Origin: an uncultured virus (IMG/VR IMGVR_UViG_3300038825_001395)
Taxonomy: Duplodnaviria; Heunggongvirae; Uroviricota; Caudoviricetes
DNA: 64,000 bases
Strand: one strand, 5' to 3'
Virus record (IMG/VR): IMGVR_UViG_3300038825_001395
In this document: piece after piece, positions 48,896 through 58,459 of the stretch
Numbering within the stretch: the stretch's first letter is position 1
How the letters are laid out: each line of letters opens with the position of its first letter
Made by a program: the position numbers and the translations under genes
The notes under the pieces: generated by a model
The model's input: the letters and a program-made list of their open reading frames with translations, nothing else
Told to the model about the DNA's origin: nothing
Databases searched by the model: none

Positions 48896-49969
48896 TCATT
48901 TTTTAAAACAAAATATCGGTTCATACTTGTATCCAGCACCCATTATACTTGATAAAGTTAGTTCTATTGTCTGCTCTTGTTTAAACCCTAATTCAGTTGC
49001 AATTCTGATGGTTTCTTCTTCTATAAACTTGTATTTTGGTGTGTTTGCTATGTTAATTAACATATATTTATTACCTTTTAGTCCGTTATAGCAGTTTTCA
49101 ATTGTTTTGTATAAAAATCCATTTATCCATTCTTCCTTTGTTGGGTATTTCTTAAAACTTTGAGTTTCTTCATCACTATATTTTTCCGTGTCAAAATAAG
49201 GTGGTGAAGTAAAACACAAATCCAAAGAATTAGCATCTGGTCTAAATTCTTCACTACCTAATTTATGTAATTCTACTGACTTTGTCAAGTAATTAAAATC
49301 TTTTTTTATCTTTTTTAATCCTTCAAAGGTTAAACTTGATGGTTCTGTTCCAATATACTTTGGTCTTGAACTTGCCAGAAAACCTATAAGTCTTCCACCC
49401 CATCCACATGACATATCCCAAATAGCATCACCACCAAACTTTTCATATATCATTTTAGCAGCAGTTGGTCGGAAGTTACTTACTGCTTGTGTACCTGTAT
49501 AGATTTTTAGGGATTGTCTAAACCTATTTTCTCTAAATCTGTTTTTATCAATACCCTCTTCTCCAGCAAATTGAGTAGAACACCATCTCCAACATTTTTT
49601 GATAACAGCTTTAAGTTTATCATCATCCATAAATGTATCCATCGGTGTTCTTGGAGCATTACCACATTGTATATCAACCCAATGTGGAAAATAAGTCCAA
49701 GCTAATCTCAATCCATGCATAGTTTGATTTATTTTATTATCATTAAAAATAGTATCAGTATCAAACCTTTGTAGTTTTCTCATCATACTATGTTTTTCAT
49801 CTTCTCTAACCTGATAATGTGGAAAACCTTTCTTTCTCCAATAGTTAAAAATAACTTCTATTCCATATTCAGGATCATGTCCTCTTAAATCAGAAGTTAC
49901 TTTTTCATATTCTACTTCATCTTTATCAAAACCAAAAACATCCGTTAATATAGTAGGATTATTATTCAC
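48896..49969 (-). CDS. Amino (N4-C/N6-A) DNA methyltransferase
   Basis: WDMSCGWGGR SAM motif, FTSPPY catalytic motif. Confidence 0.88.
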   Translation of the reverse strand: MNNNPTILTDVFGFDKDEVEYEKVTSDLRGHDPEYGIEVIFNYWRKKGFPHYQVREDEKHSMMRKLQRFDTDTIFNDNKINQTMHGLRLAWTYFPHWVDIQCGNAPRTPMDTFMDDDKLKAVIKKCWRWCSTQFAGEEGIDKNRFRENRFRQSLKIYTGTQAVSNFRPTAAKMIYEKFGGDAIWDMSCGWGGRLIGFLASSRPKYIGTEPSSLTFEGLKKIKKDFNYLTKSVELHKLGSEEFRPDANSLDLCFTSPPYFDTEKYSDEETQSFKKYPTKEEWINGFLYKTIENCYNGLKGNKYMLINIANTPKYKFIEEETIRIATELGFKQEQTIELTLSSIMGAGYKYEPIFCFKK

Positions 49970-51323
49970 TCATCAAATCCTCATAACGAGCAGACAACAT
50001 ACTTTTAACTTGATTGTCTCTATTGTTTATTTTGTGTTGAACACCCTTACCTTGAACCGAATTACTTTCAAATATTTCTATTTTACCAATATTTGTATTT
50101 ATCTTTGCTGGATAAGTTAAACCATCAGGACCAAATCTGTTTTTGATTACATGAAATCTACCGGTGTTCCCTATCTTATCTTCTATCTTTCTACTTAACG
50201 ACATAACAAAATCTGCTGTCATTACCTTTGAGTAACTTTCAGCAACCTTACTAGCCTCAATAACATCCTCATCTAACGCACTTCTGTTAGCTTGTGACGC
50301 CGTCCATACTGGAACTTGTAATTCACCAGCCATACCTCTTAAATCTTCATAGATATTACCAAGAGCATGTCTCATTTCTGTTGCTTTACCAATATCTTTC
50401 ATAATATCAGCATAATCAACCAATACCATATCTACTTTTTTACCAAATGTAACTACTTTTTTAAGATGAGCAGAAAGTGTATTTACTGTACAAGATTTTG
50501 TTGGATAATATTTAATGGTTAAATCACCTTCTAACTTAAATAACTTTTCCATCACTTCTTCTTTGTGGTATTTAAGGTTTTGACTTTCTACACCACTAAA
50601 AATACTATCATATCTTAACCCAACATATGCTTCATTTAATTCTAATGTATAATGAACTACATTTAGTCCTTGTGATAGAGCATAAGCACCCATAGAACTT
50701 AACACCCAAGATTTACCAATACCAGCAGGAGCAACTACAACACCAAGTTCTCCAGCACCTAAACCACCTTGCATCAACTCATTCATTATATCCCAAGGTG
50801 TTGGTGATGTTATACGAGCAGATTCTTCATATCTTTCTTCTATATCTTGTAAATAGTCATGCCCTAAATCTCTTTCTACACCAGCTTGCATAGCAGAGTC
50901 AATAAGTGCTTTTATCTCATCTGTATTACCATCTACTTCTAATATTTGTGCTGATTGGATAACAGCATCTTTTAATACTTGTGTTTTGTGAAACTCTAAT
51001 GCTTTATCTTTAATCCACTCCAAGTCTTCTGCTTCCATACTCTTAAAAACTTCTTTAAGCGAGTCTTTTATATTTACCTGTAATAAATCAGATTCTACTT
51101 CCTTTACATTAATCTTAAAAACTTCCATTGTAATGGTTGTTTTATATTCTTGGTAGTATTCTCTTATTTGTTTTACAATCCACTTAAATCCATCATTATC
51201 AATATATTTCTCATCTAATATATCAACAATTTGTTCTAAGAATAGCTTATCGGTTATCAAACAAACAATAAACTTTGTCTGAAAGCTATATCCAAATTCT
51301 GAAATGTTTTTTGTTTTACTCAT
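49962..51323 (-). CDS. Replicative DnaB/gp41-like helicase
   Basis: APAGIGKS, YTLEL, VDYAD, TASQANR, KNRFG. Confidence 0.93.
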   Translation of the reverse strand: MSKTKNISEFGYSFQTKFIVCLITDKLFLEQIVDILDEKYIDNDGFKWIVKQIREYYQEYKTTITMEVFKINVKEVESDLLQVNIKDSLKEVFKSMEAEDLEWIKDKALEFHKTQVLKDAVIQSAQILEVDGNTDEIKALIDSAMQAGVERDLGHDYLQDIEERYEESARITSPTPWDIMNELMQGGLGAGELGVVVAPAGIGKSWVLSSMGAYALSQGLNVVHYTLELNEAYVGLRYDSIFSGVESQNLKYHKEEVMEKLFKLEGDLTIKYYPTKSCTVNTLSAHLKKVVTFGKKVDMVLVDYADIMKDIGKATEMRHALGNIYEDLRGMAGELQVPVWTASQANRSALDEDVIEASKVAESYSKVMTADFVMSLSRKIEDKIGNTGRFHVIKNRFGPDGLTYPAKINTNIGKIEIFESNSVQGKGVQHKINNRDNQVKSMLSARYEDLMSE

Positions 51324-52378
51324 TTTTTATTTTTCCAATAATGGTCAAGGATATTAAACTCTGTTATCCAATTATCAAAGTTAGGTATTTGTCCCCATAA
51401 TTTATCCTTTACAAACAAAGTTTGCAACTGATATTTTACTAAACTTGGCGCCATACCTCTGACCGAGTCTCCTATTTTTAGTTTTGTCTGATTTTTTATA
51501 TCAGGATTTGATAACTGCATTAATAGGTAGTTCCTCTTTATTATTAATTCATTATCTTTTATCATATTTGATATTCTAGTATCCCTAGAGTTAGCCATAT
51601 CCAAAAGGTCTTTAGTTGTAAAGGTTCTATCTTCTACTAACAATGGAAACTCTTTAACTAAGGTTTTGACACCTATACCTCTTACTCCAGGTATATCATC
51701 CGATTTGTCCCCATCTATCACCCTACAAGTTAACACATTTTGCGGGTAAACTCCAAACTCTTTTTTCACTAATTCTCTATCATATAGTATTTTTTTGGTT
51801 GGAGAATAAAGCTTTACCCTTTCATCTACTAACTGATAGAAGTCCTTATCAGAAGACATTATTGTAAAATTACTGTCTTTAAGAACAACACTAGGAATAT
51901 AACTCATTATATCATCTGCTTCCAAGTTATCAATAGATACAATAGTTAGTGGTAAGCATTCCAAATACTCAACTAGTCGTTTAAGTTGCATTCCCATACT
52001 TTCTCGTTCATTGTGTGGACCTCCACCCCAATCTACAAGACGATTTAGTCTGCTTCTAACTTTACGACCAGCTTTGTATTGTGGATATATTTTTTGCCGT
52101 GGTTTAGAAGAGTTTTTACCGTCAAATACAATAATACAACGAGTTGGTTTAAACTTGTTAATTGTATATCTTATGGATTTTAAAAACCCTACTAAACCAC
52201 CTACATGAGCACCATCCTCATTTAAAGATGGATTGACGCTGAAACTACGAATAAATGTATTAAAACCATCAACCAATAAAACATGGTCGTTTAGATTCTT
52301 AGTTTCTGGATTTACGTCAATCTCTTCTTTAACTTCATAGAATCTTTTTGTTAATAGATTCTTATCGGATTTACTCAT
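51320..52378 (-). CDS. 5'-3' exonuclease / flap endonuclease (RNase H-like)
   Basis: LVDG, VFDG, EADD, SSDKD, GDKSDDIPGVRGIG. Confidence 0.93.
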   Translation of the reverse strand: MSKSDKNLLTKRFYEVKEEIDVNPETKNLNDHVLLVDGFNTFIRSFSVNPSLNEDGAHVGGLVGFLKSIRYTINKFKPTRCIIVFDGKNSSKPRQKIYPQYKAGRKVRSRLNRLVDWGGGPHNERESMGMQLKRLVEYLECLPLTIVSIDNLEADDIMSYIPSVVLKDSNFTIMSSDKDFYQLVDERVKLYSPTKKILYDRELVKKEFGVYPQNVLTCRVIDGDKSDDIPGVRGIGVKTLVKEFPLLVEDRTFTTKDLLDMANSRDTRISNMIKDNELIIKRNYLLMQLSNPDIKNQTKLKIGDSVRGMAPSLVKYQLQTLFVKDKLWGQIPNFDNWITEFNILDHYWKNKK

Positions 52379-53468
52379 CCGCAAACTCATCTTCTGTTGT
52401 TACATCATCAATACCAAGTTGAGCAGAGTCATACTTTAGTATTAACTTTTCACAGATAGATTCGTATATGTGTTTTTGTGTTTCCTCATCGGAAATTAAA
52501 GCACCAAAGTCTTTTGATTGAAACTTATGGTCTTTACCATTTTGGTCTGTATAAGTGTACCAAGCACCAGCTTGTTTAACTAACTTATGGTCTTTCATTA
52601 TAGTTAACCAACTACCAAAGTCATCAATACCCTTATCAAAGTATAAAGGAAACTCTGCACTTCTTAAAGGTGGACCTAATCTGTTCTTGATTACTTGAGC
52701 CCTAATCTTAATACCAATAGTATTCTTTTTAGTATCTTTGATTTGTCCCATATTCTTTAAACGAATACGAGTAGAAGCATGGAAAGGTAAAGCCTTACCA
52801 CCACTTGTTGTCCAAGGATCACCGAACATTACACCCATCTTTTGTCTTAATTGATTTGTGAAAATCAAACATACTTTTTGACGAGCAGTTAATTGAGTTA
52901 TCTTTCTCATAGCTTTAGATAAGACGATAGCTTTACTTGTAGCCCAACCATCTTTGTCAAAGTCAGCATCCATCTCTACTTTAGTAGAAGCAGCAGCCAA
53001 ACTATCTACAAGAATTGTAACTAATCGGTCATTATCTGATTCTCTTACTTTTGTAACAATTGTTTCAATCGCATCAAATATATCTTCAACAGTTTCTAAA
53101 TGAATATACATCATAGATTTGGTATCTACACCAATTGATTGTAAAAACTCAGCTGATACAGCAGATTCAGTATCAATATAAACAGCTAAACCATCTTTCT
53201 TCTGTGTAGAAGCAAGAGCGTGAGCACCAATAAGTGATTTACCAGTTCCCTCTAGTCCGTTTATTTCAGTAATCCTACCAGCAGCTAAACCACCATTAGG
53301 TCTGTTTGATATTGCTAAATCTAATAAGGTAGAGCCTGTTCCAACCCAATCTGTAATATCGGTTGGTGTTTCTTGAGCACCATCTAAAAAGTAAGCAACT
53401 TGATGTGATTTGAATTGTTTGTTTAATTCACCGGCAAGAATACCGGCTAATTCATCTTTATTTGACAT
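52371..53468 (-). CDS. recA: RecA/UvsX recombinase
   Basis: GLEGTGKS, YIDTE, VDSLAA, FTNQLR, TTSGGKALPFHAS. Confidence 0.93.
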   Translation of the reverse strand: MSNKDELAGILAGELNKQFKSHQVAYFLDGAQETPTDITDWVGTGSTLLDLAISNRPNGGLAAGRITEINGLEGTGKSLIGAHALASTQKKDGLAVYIDTESAVSAEFLQSIGVDTKSMMYIHLETVEDIFDAIETIVTKVRESDNDRLVTILVDSLAAASTKVEMDADFDKDGWATSKAIVLSKAMRKITQLTARQKVCLIFTNQLRQKMGVMFGDPWTTSGGKALPFHASTRIRLKNMGQIKDTKKNTIGIKIRAQVIKNRLGPPLRSAEFPLYFDKGIDDFGSWLTIMKDHKLVKQAGAWYTYTDQNGKDHKFQSKDFGALISDEETQKHIYESICEKLILKYDSAQLGIDDVTTEDEFADE

Positions 53469-53478
53469 TTATTTCTCC

Positions 53479-53523
53479 AAAAAAATGAGGTGTGCCGGAA
53501 AAAGGAGGAAACCAGCACACCTC
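53479..53523 (-). terminator. 12-bp hairpin with U-tract between ssb and recA; anti-SD sequence in the loop
   Basis: GAGGTGTGCTGG-TTTCCTCCTTTTT-CCGGCACACCTC-ATTTTTTT. Confidence 0.7.
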
Positions 53524-53537
53524 GACCACGCGGTTAA

Positions 53538-54278
53538 TTACGAATTAAATAACTTATCAAAATCATCTTCTACATTAGAAGATTTTTCTGTAGTAACCAT
53601 TTCTGGTTCACTTGTGGTTTCTGTTGTAGAATCTTGTGGATTCAAGAAACCTGATAAATGTTCTTTTAACTCATCATAAGTTGGTTCATTATATAACTCT
53701 GTCAAATTTGGTTGTGTTTCCAAAAGTTTCTGAAGTGTAGTAGAATCATCAGAAAGATTTGTTTGATTTGGCTTGACACGAATAGTTGTCTTACCATACT
53801 GATTACCAGCTTCAGCAGGTGTTTGTCTTTCAACAACAATATCACGACCTGTTGTAGAATCGGATATATCACCGTAATCTGGATCAGCTATTATACCAAG
53901 AAGTTCTTGATATACAGTTTTACCAAAACCCCAAAACTTAACACCTTCACTCTCTTCACCACGAACAATGACAGGAACGAAAGTTCTCATCTTTGGTTCA
54001 ATTCTCTTTCCTTGAATCCATTCATCTTTGTTGCCAGAACCCTTAAGTTTGTCAGCAAATTGTTGAACTGGATCAGGTCGTCCAAATGATAAAGGTGATA
54101 ACACCGTTTTATTTGGTACTAATGAGTAGTGAAAGAAAAGCTCACTAAAAGGATTGCTCTTATTATGTAAATAAGGTACTATCCTAATTTGTGATTTTCC
54201 AGGTTGAGGTTTCCAAAAACTATTTGTAGTAGTACTTTGTAACTGATTGAGACGGCTTTTTATAGCATCTAAGTCCAT
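53538..54278 (-). CDS. Single-stranded DNA-binding protein (gp32-like)
   Basis: FWKP, IRIVP, FHY, VKFWGFGKTVY, acidic tail DDFDKLF. Confidence 0.85.
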   Translation of the reverse strand: MDLDAIKSRLNQLQSTTTNSFWKPQPGKSQIRIVPYLHNKSNPFSELFFHYSLVPNKTVLSPLSFGRPDPVQQFADKLKGSGNKDEWIQGKRIEPKMRTFVPVIVRGEESEGVKFWGFGKTVYQELLGIIADPDYGDISDSTTGRDIVVERQTPAEAGNQYGKTTIRVKPNQTNLSDDSTTLQKLLETQPNLTELYNEPTYDELKEHLSGFLNPQDSTTETTSEPEMVTTEKSSNVEDDFDKLFNS

Positions 54279-54323
54279 TATGTTTCTCCATTATGTTTAT
54301 TTATTATTATTAGTATTACTAGT

Positions 54324-54394
54324 ATAAATATTCATTTAAAATATTTACTTGTAACCTATCCATATAATATACGGATTTTTTTATTAAAAAACAA
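54324..54394 (-). promoter_or_regulatory. ssb promoter region: TTGTTT-17-TATATT plus ATATTTAT motif
   Basis: -35 at 54389-54394, -10 at 54366-54371, motif at 54324-54331. Confidence 0.55.
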
Positions 54395-54397
54395 GCT

Positions 54398-55000
54398 TTA
54401 TTTTAGCCTTTTTAGCTTTTTTATTTGTAGCTTTAGGTTTTTTAATTCTTTATTCATCTTTTCATATCTCACATTGTATTCTTGTGATTGTTCCTCTAAT
54501 TTACTAAATCTTTCTTCAATTGTCAAGGGTTTTGTTCGATAAGCCATAAATTGTTTATAGACCATATCAATCATCTTTTCCTTATCTACAACATTTGATG
54601 GAAGATTGGCTTTATTAACTTCATACCACAATATAACATCTTTCTTCCACTTATCCAAGTCTTTTATTGAACTATTTTTTATGTCAAAGTGAGGTAAAGC
54701 TGTTAATGGTTTTTTATAATCAATTGGTTCTGCTTTAAGAAACTTTCTGATGTCTCTTATATCCTTATAACCTAAAAGCGTTGTTCCTATATTTGAGTTA
54801 TACATTAGTGGAACAACATTTTGTAGCTTATTCATACGAATGATGTTATCGTAGATTGTTTTTGATTTTTGGTCGTCAATAGAAAGTATTTCTATCTTTT
54901 GTTCGTCATTTAATGTTTCGTTTATCTTATCAATAGACGGTTTCATCTTTTGACACCAGATACAACCACTTCTGGTAAAAAAATATATTGGTGATGCCAT
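54398..55000 (-). CDS. Thioredoxin/glutaredoxin-like protein with C-terminal coiled coil
   Basis: FTRSGCIWCQKMKP, VVP cis-Pro motif. Confidence 0.75.
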   Translation of the reverse strand: MASPIYFFTRSGCIWCQKMKPSIDKINETLNDEQKIEILSIDDQKSKTIYDNIIRMNKLQNVVPLMYNSNIGTTLLGYKDIRDIRKFLKAEPIDYKKPLTALPHFDIKNSSIKDLDKWKKDVILWYEVNKANLPSNVVDKEKMIDMVYKQFMAYRTKPLTIEERFSKLEEQSQEYNVRYEKMNKELKNLKLQIKKLKRLK

Positions 55001-55396
55001 TTATAACTCTATTATTTTAAGTATTCTTGTAGGTATTTTCTGTAATCCTTCCTTATTGGAAATCAATATCATATTTTTATAGGTATCCCATTCGACCTGA
55101 TAGTTTGTATCTAACACACCATTGTTTATGGTCTTTATCAGTTCGTTTAGGGCGTTTATCGTGTATAGTGTATTTGTAATTTTCTTTCTATGTAATGAGA
55201 TAGTATTACTTACTGCATTAAAATCTATTTTTTCTTCTCTATCTACATTATAAGTACAAATTAACTCTTTTGTTTTTTCTTCGTTTTGTAATACATAAAT
55301 TTTGTCAAATACAATCTTAAAGTTTTTCGTTATATCACGAATTGATTGCTCAAGATTGTGTTGAGTTGTAAATGTACATAATAGTTGTGTTCTCAT
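55001..55396 (-). CDS. Hypothetical phage protein
   Basis: 131-aa coupled ORF. Confidence 0.75.
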   Translation of the reverse strand: MRTQLLCTFTTQHNLEQSIRDITKNFKIVFDKIYVLQNEEKTKELICTYNVDREEKIDFNAVSNTISLHRKKITNTLYTINALNELIKTINNGVLDTNYQVEWDTYKNMILISNKEGLQKIPTRILKIIEL

Positions 55397-57228
55397 TATT
55401 CTTCTTCCACCCTTTTAGCGTCACGCTCGTCTTTTTCTTTTTTTAATTCCTTTGAAAGTTTATTTAATTGTTCAGGTGTCCATTTATCTGTATCAAACGA
55501 ACCCACTTTAAGTGCTAATGCCATAAAAGATGTTTGCCCTAACTCCATAACAGGTGCTGAACCAATACCTCTTGAACGACCTGACATATAAAACAAGGGG
55601 TATTTCATTTCGTTTTCATGTTTAAATAATATTTCACCAGAGTCATAGTTTATTTCTATTTTATCAGCCATAAATTCTTCTAAATCTTTTGGCTCTTTCT
55701 TTTTATTTCGTACCTCATCTATTCTTTCAAGCAAGACCTCACCAAACTCCGTTCCAAATAAATCTGTTAAATTTTTCTCATCTAACACAGCACCATCGGG
55801 TGGAATACCATACATTGTTACAAAATCATCAACTCCACCTAATTTTAATGTTTCATTAAGCCCTAAAGTATCTAAAACATGCATTGACTTTAAAACATGC
55901 TTATTCATACCCTTTTTAGCAGAGTCTGATTTATTTAAAACTGAAAAGGCCTTTTGTGTTAAAAAATCATCAGATTCTCTAATATGTTTTTCACCTTCTT
56001 TATCCTTTAATTTAAAAAGACGATGTAGAGACTTCATTTCATCACCAGATAAAGTTCCACTATTAGCTTTCTCTAGCAGATTTTGAGAATTTTTTAGAAT
56101 ATCCATATATGCTGTTGGTTTACCACCATCTAAACCTACTTTTTTTATTTCTTCTGGTTTTAAACTATTGGTTAGTTTTAAAATTTCTTCGGCTGAATAT
56201 TTGCTAGAAACTTCTTTAAATCGGTTTGATCTATCTGCGTTGTAATTATCAATTGACATAGCCTCTACTAGTTCAGCATGTTCTTCATCGGGCATTTGTT
56301 CTTTTAATTTATCTAATAGTAAACCAGATTGTTTAGCCCAACCACCATTATTTAAAAATACACTTCCATCTTGTTTTAGTGATATCCCTACATTCCTACC
56401 ATCTTTAGTTCTAACAAACATATCAGCTGATGTCTCTAGTTTTGTATCTACACCAATAGCTTCCCTACCTTCAGGTGTATCCCAAGAAACATCACCAATG
56501 TTTTCTACACCTATTTTTTCTTGAATAGAATTTAAAGTTGATGTAGTAGCATTTACCCATTTTTTGTCTAAAAAAGTATCTTTATCATTAGCAATATCCA
56601 TTAACTCATTTTGAATTTCATCTATTGATTTTCCATCTTGTAACATACGGATACCTGTATGAACAGCTGCTTCACCAGCTCTTGATGTATCAGTTCCCAA
56701 ACCAACTCCCGCACGACCACCAGATTCTTTATCTTTTTTTGCTTGAGTCTTAGTATACCTCAAAGTATTTTCTACAGTTTCATGGTCTTTTGATAATAAT
56801 TTCTCTTTTGATTTTAGTTTTTGTTCTTTATTTTCTTTATCATCTTTTTTCTTATCCTTCGATAAATATCCACCACCTTTATCTGGATCACTTTCAAATT
56901 CGTTAGGAGTTATTTTATCTCCACCTGGTTCTTCTTTTTCTTCGCCATCTTTCTTTTCTACTTCTTCATATCCACCATCTTCTATAGCTTTATCTCTACT
57001 TTCTTCAGAACCAAAAGCAGCTACATTACCAGTTTTTTTGTTTCTAGCTGTAAATTTTTCTTCTTTCTCCATTACCAACATTACACTATCTACTATTTCC
57101 GTGCTGATACCCTTTGATAGACATATCTCTTTTAGTAAGGTTAAATGGTAAGCGTTCTTTGGATTAGGTACACCCGTAGGTACAATTCTTCTCCACTCTA
57201 TAAAAAGACTATCTAGGTTAAAACTCAT
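55396..57228 (-). CDS. Large hypothetical protein with possible restriction-endonuclease-like domain
   Basis: Charged linker; AGE...SADMFV...GISLK pattern. Confidence 0.5.
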   Translation of the reverse strand: MSFNLDSLFIEWRRIVPTGVPNPKNAYHLTLLKEICLSKGISTEIVDSVMLVMEKEEKFTARNKKTGNVAAFGSEESRDKAIEDGGYEEVEKKDGEEKEEPGGDKITPNEFESDPDKGGGYLSKDKKKDDKENKEQKLKSKEKLLSKDHETVENTLRYTKTQAKKDKESGGRAGVGLGTDTSRAGEAAVHTGIRMLQDGKSIDEIQNELMDIANDKDTFLDKKWVNATTSTLNSIQEKIGVENIGDVSWDTPEGREAIGVDTKLETSADMFVRTKDGRNVGISLKQDGSVFLNNGGWAKQSGLLLDKLKEQMPDEEHAELVEAMSIDNYNADRSNRFKEVSSKYSAEEILKLTNSLKPEEIKKVGLDGGKPTAYMDILKNSQNLLEKANSGTLSGDEMKSLHRLFKLKDKEGEKHIRESDDFLTQKAFSVLNKSDSAKKGMNKHVLKSMHVLDTLGLNETLKLGGVDDFVTMYGIPPDGAVLDEKNLTDLFGTEFGEVLLERIDEVRNKKKEPKDLEEFMADKIEINYDSGEILFKHENEMKYPLFYMSGRSRGIGSAPVMELGQTSFMALALKVGSFDTDKWTPEQLNKLSKELKKEKDERDAKRVEEE

Positions 57229-58414
57229 AATTCTTCAATGTCCCATATGTATTGCCAACTTTACTATGAATAATAAAGTCATCTTCTTGTAAGATGTTTT
57301 GGATGTTGTGTATTGTTTCTTTCCCATCTTCTTTGGCGTAATCAAATAAAAAACTATCGTAGTTATAATGAACTATGTTAGTCTTCTTCTCTAATAAATA
57401 TATGTGTAATTTGTTTAAAATAGTAACATTCCGTTCTGTTTCATACGATTGTATGTAGTAGTTAAATAACTTTTGAGCATTTAGGTCACCTAAATTAGCT
57501 CTCTTCATTGGTCGTTTATAAATATGTGATAGGATATGATTCCGTGTCATATATTCGTCATAAAGTATAGTTACTAGATTTTCTACACCTCTGAAAAACT
57601 CACTCATCTTAGCAATATCTTTTCTTACACCACCATATAGATTTTGAAATGTTATTGTCTTTGCTTCTGACTCTGTAACATTAAGGTCATCTGCTAACTT
57701 ACCATAAACCGATGAGTTACCGAAGTCATAGTCAATTAATTTAGCAATCAACCTTGGGTGATAAGAAGCAAAGTCAAACTCAACAAATACATCGTTAAGT
57801 GGTGAAAAGGCTTTTCTCATATCAGGTGTAAGAGCAGCAAAGTTAAGATTGTGTATGGAGTTGGATGGTCTTGATGTGGTTGTAAAAAAGTTATAGTTCT
57901 GATATATCTTTTTATTGTGAATATACTTTAACATATGCTCACCAAATATCTTTGTAAAGTCTGTATTTACTCCAATACCATTTTTTTCTAACTCACCGAA
58001 GGCATTTACAAAATCTTTATGAAACTTCATAAATGTTTTTTCATTAAACATACTATCGTATTTTGGAACTTTTTCACATAATTGTTCTATCATCTTATCT
58101 AACGGATAGTAATATGTAAAATCATCTTGATCGTAAAAGTTGTCCCATTGTATATGTTCAAGTGGTTGGTTTAACATCCAATAGTTTAGGATGTCGGCAC
58201 AATACTTAGGGCGACCAGCAAAAGAATAAGCATGTCCAACCTTCCAATCATCAATCAGCATACCCTCGTCTGCTGGATAATCTATTTCTACTGTTGTGTG
58301 TTCGTAATGGTCAGCATAAACTAACTTATGTTCCATAGCATCATACATAAGAACTAGCTTATTTAGGGGATGTGATTTTGACCAATTAGGCTTTGTAGTA
58401 ACCATTTTTACCAT
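57218..58414 (-). CDS. Divergent family A DNA polymerase-like protein
   Basis: TTSRPS, motif A EFDFASYHPRL, motif B AKTITFQNLYG, motif C YNYDSFLFD. Confidence 0.8.
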   Translation of the reverse strand: MVKMVTTKPNWSKSHPLNKLVLMYDAMEHKLVYADHYEHTTVEIDYPADEGMLIDDWKVGHAYSFAGRPKYCADILNYWMLNQPLEHIQWDNFYDQDDFTYYYPLDKMIEQLCEKVPKYDSMFNEKTFMKFHKDFVNAFGELEKNGIGVNTDFTKIFGEHMLKYIHNKKIYQNYNFFTTTSRPSNSIHNLNFAALTPDMRKAFSPLNDVFVEFDFASYHPRLIAKLIDYDFGNSSVYGKLADDLNVTESEAKTITFQNLYGGVRKDIAKMSEFFRGVENLVTILYDEYMTRNHILSHIYKRPMKRANLGDLNAQKLFNYYIQSYETERNVTILNKLHIYLLEKKTNIVHYNYDSFLFDYAKEDGKETIHNIQNILQEDDFIIHSKVGNTYGTLKNYEF

Positions 58415-58419
58415 ATGGT

Positions 58420-58448
58420 AAGTTAAGGATAATTTAGTAGAAAGTCAA
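58420..58448 (-). promoter_or_regulatory. sigma70-type promoter TTGACT-17-TAACTT, probably leaderless
   Basis: -35 at 58443-58448; ATG 6 nt after the -10. Confidence 0.65.
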
Positions 58449-58459
58449 GTGGTTTTATT

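Noticed and set aside
41356..53468. Inteins or introns in polymerase, RNR, helicase or RecA
   Set aside because: Protein lengths are normal, frames are continuous and no splicing motifs were seen
2105..54331. T4 late promoter TATAAATA on the plus strand
   Set aside because: It points away from all genes and several copies read CATAAATA; better explained as a minus-strand ATATTTAT motif
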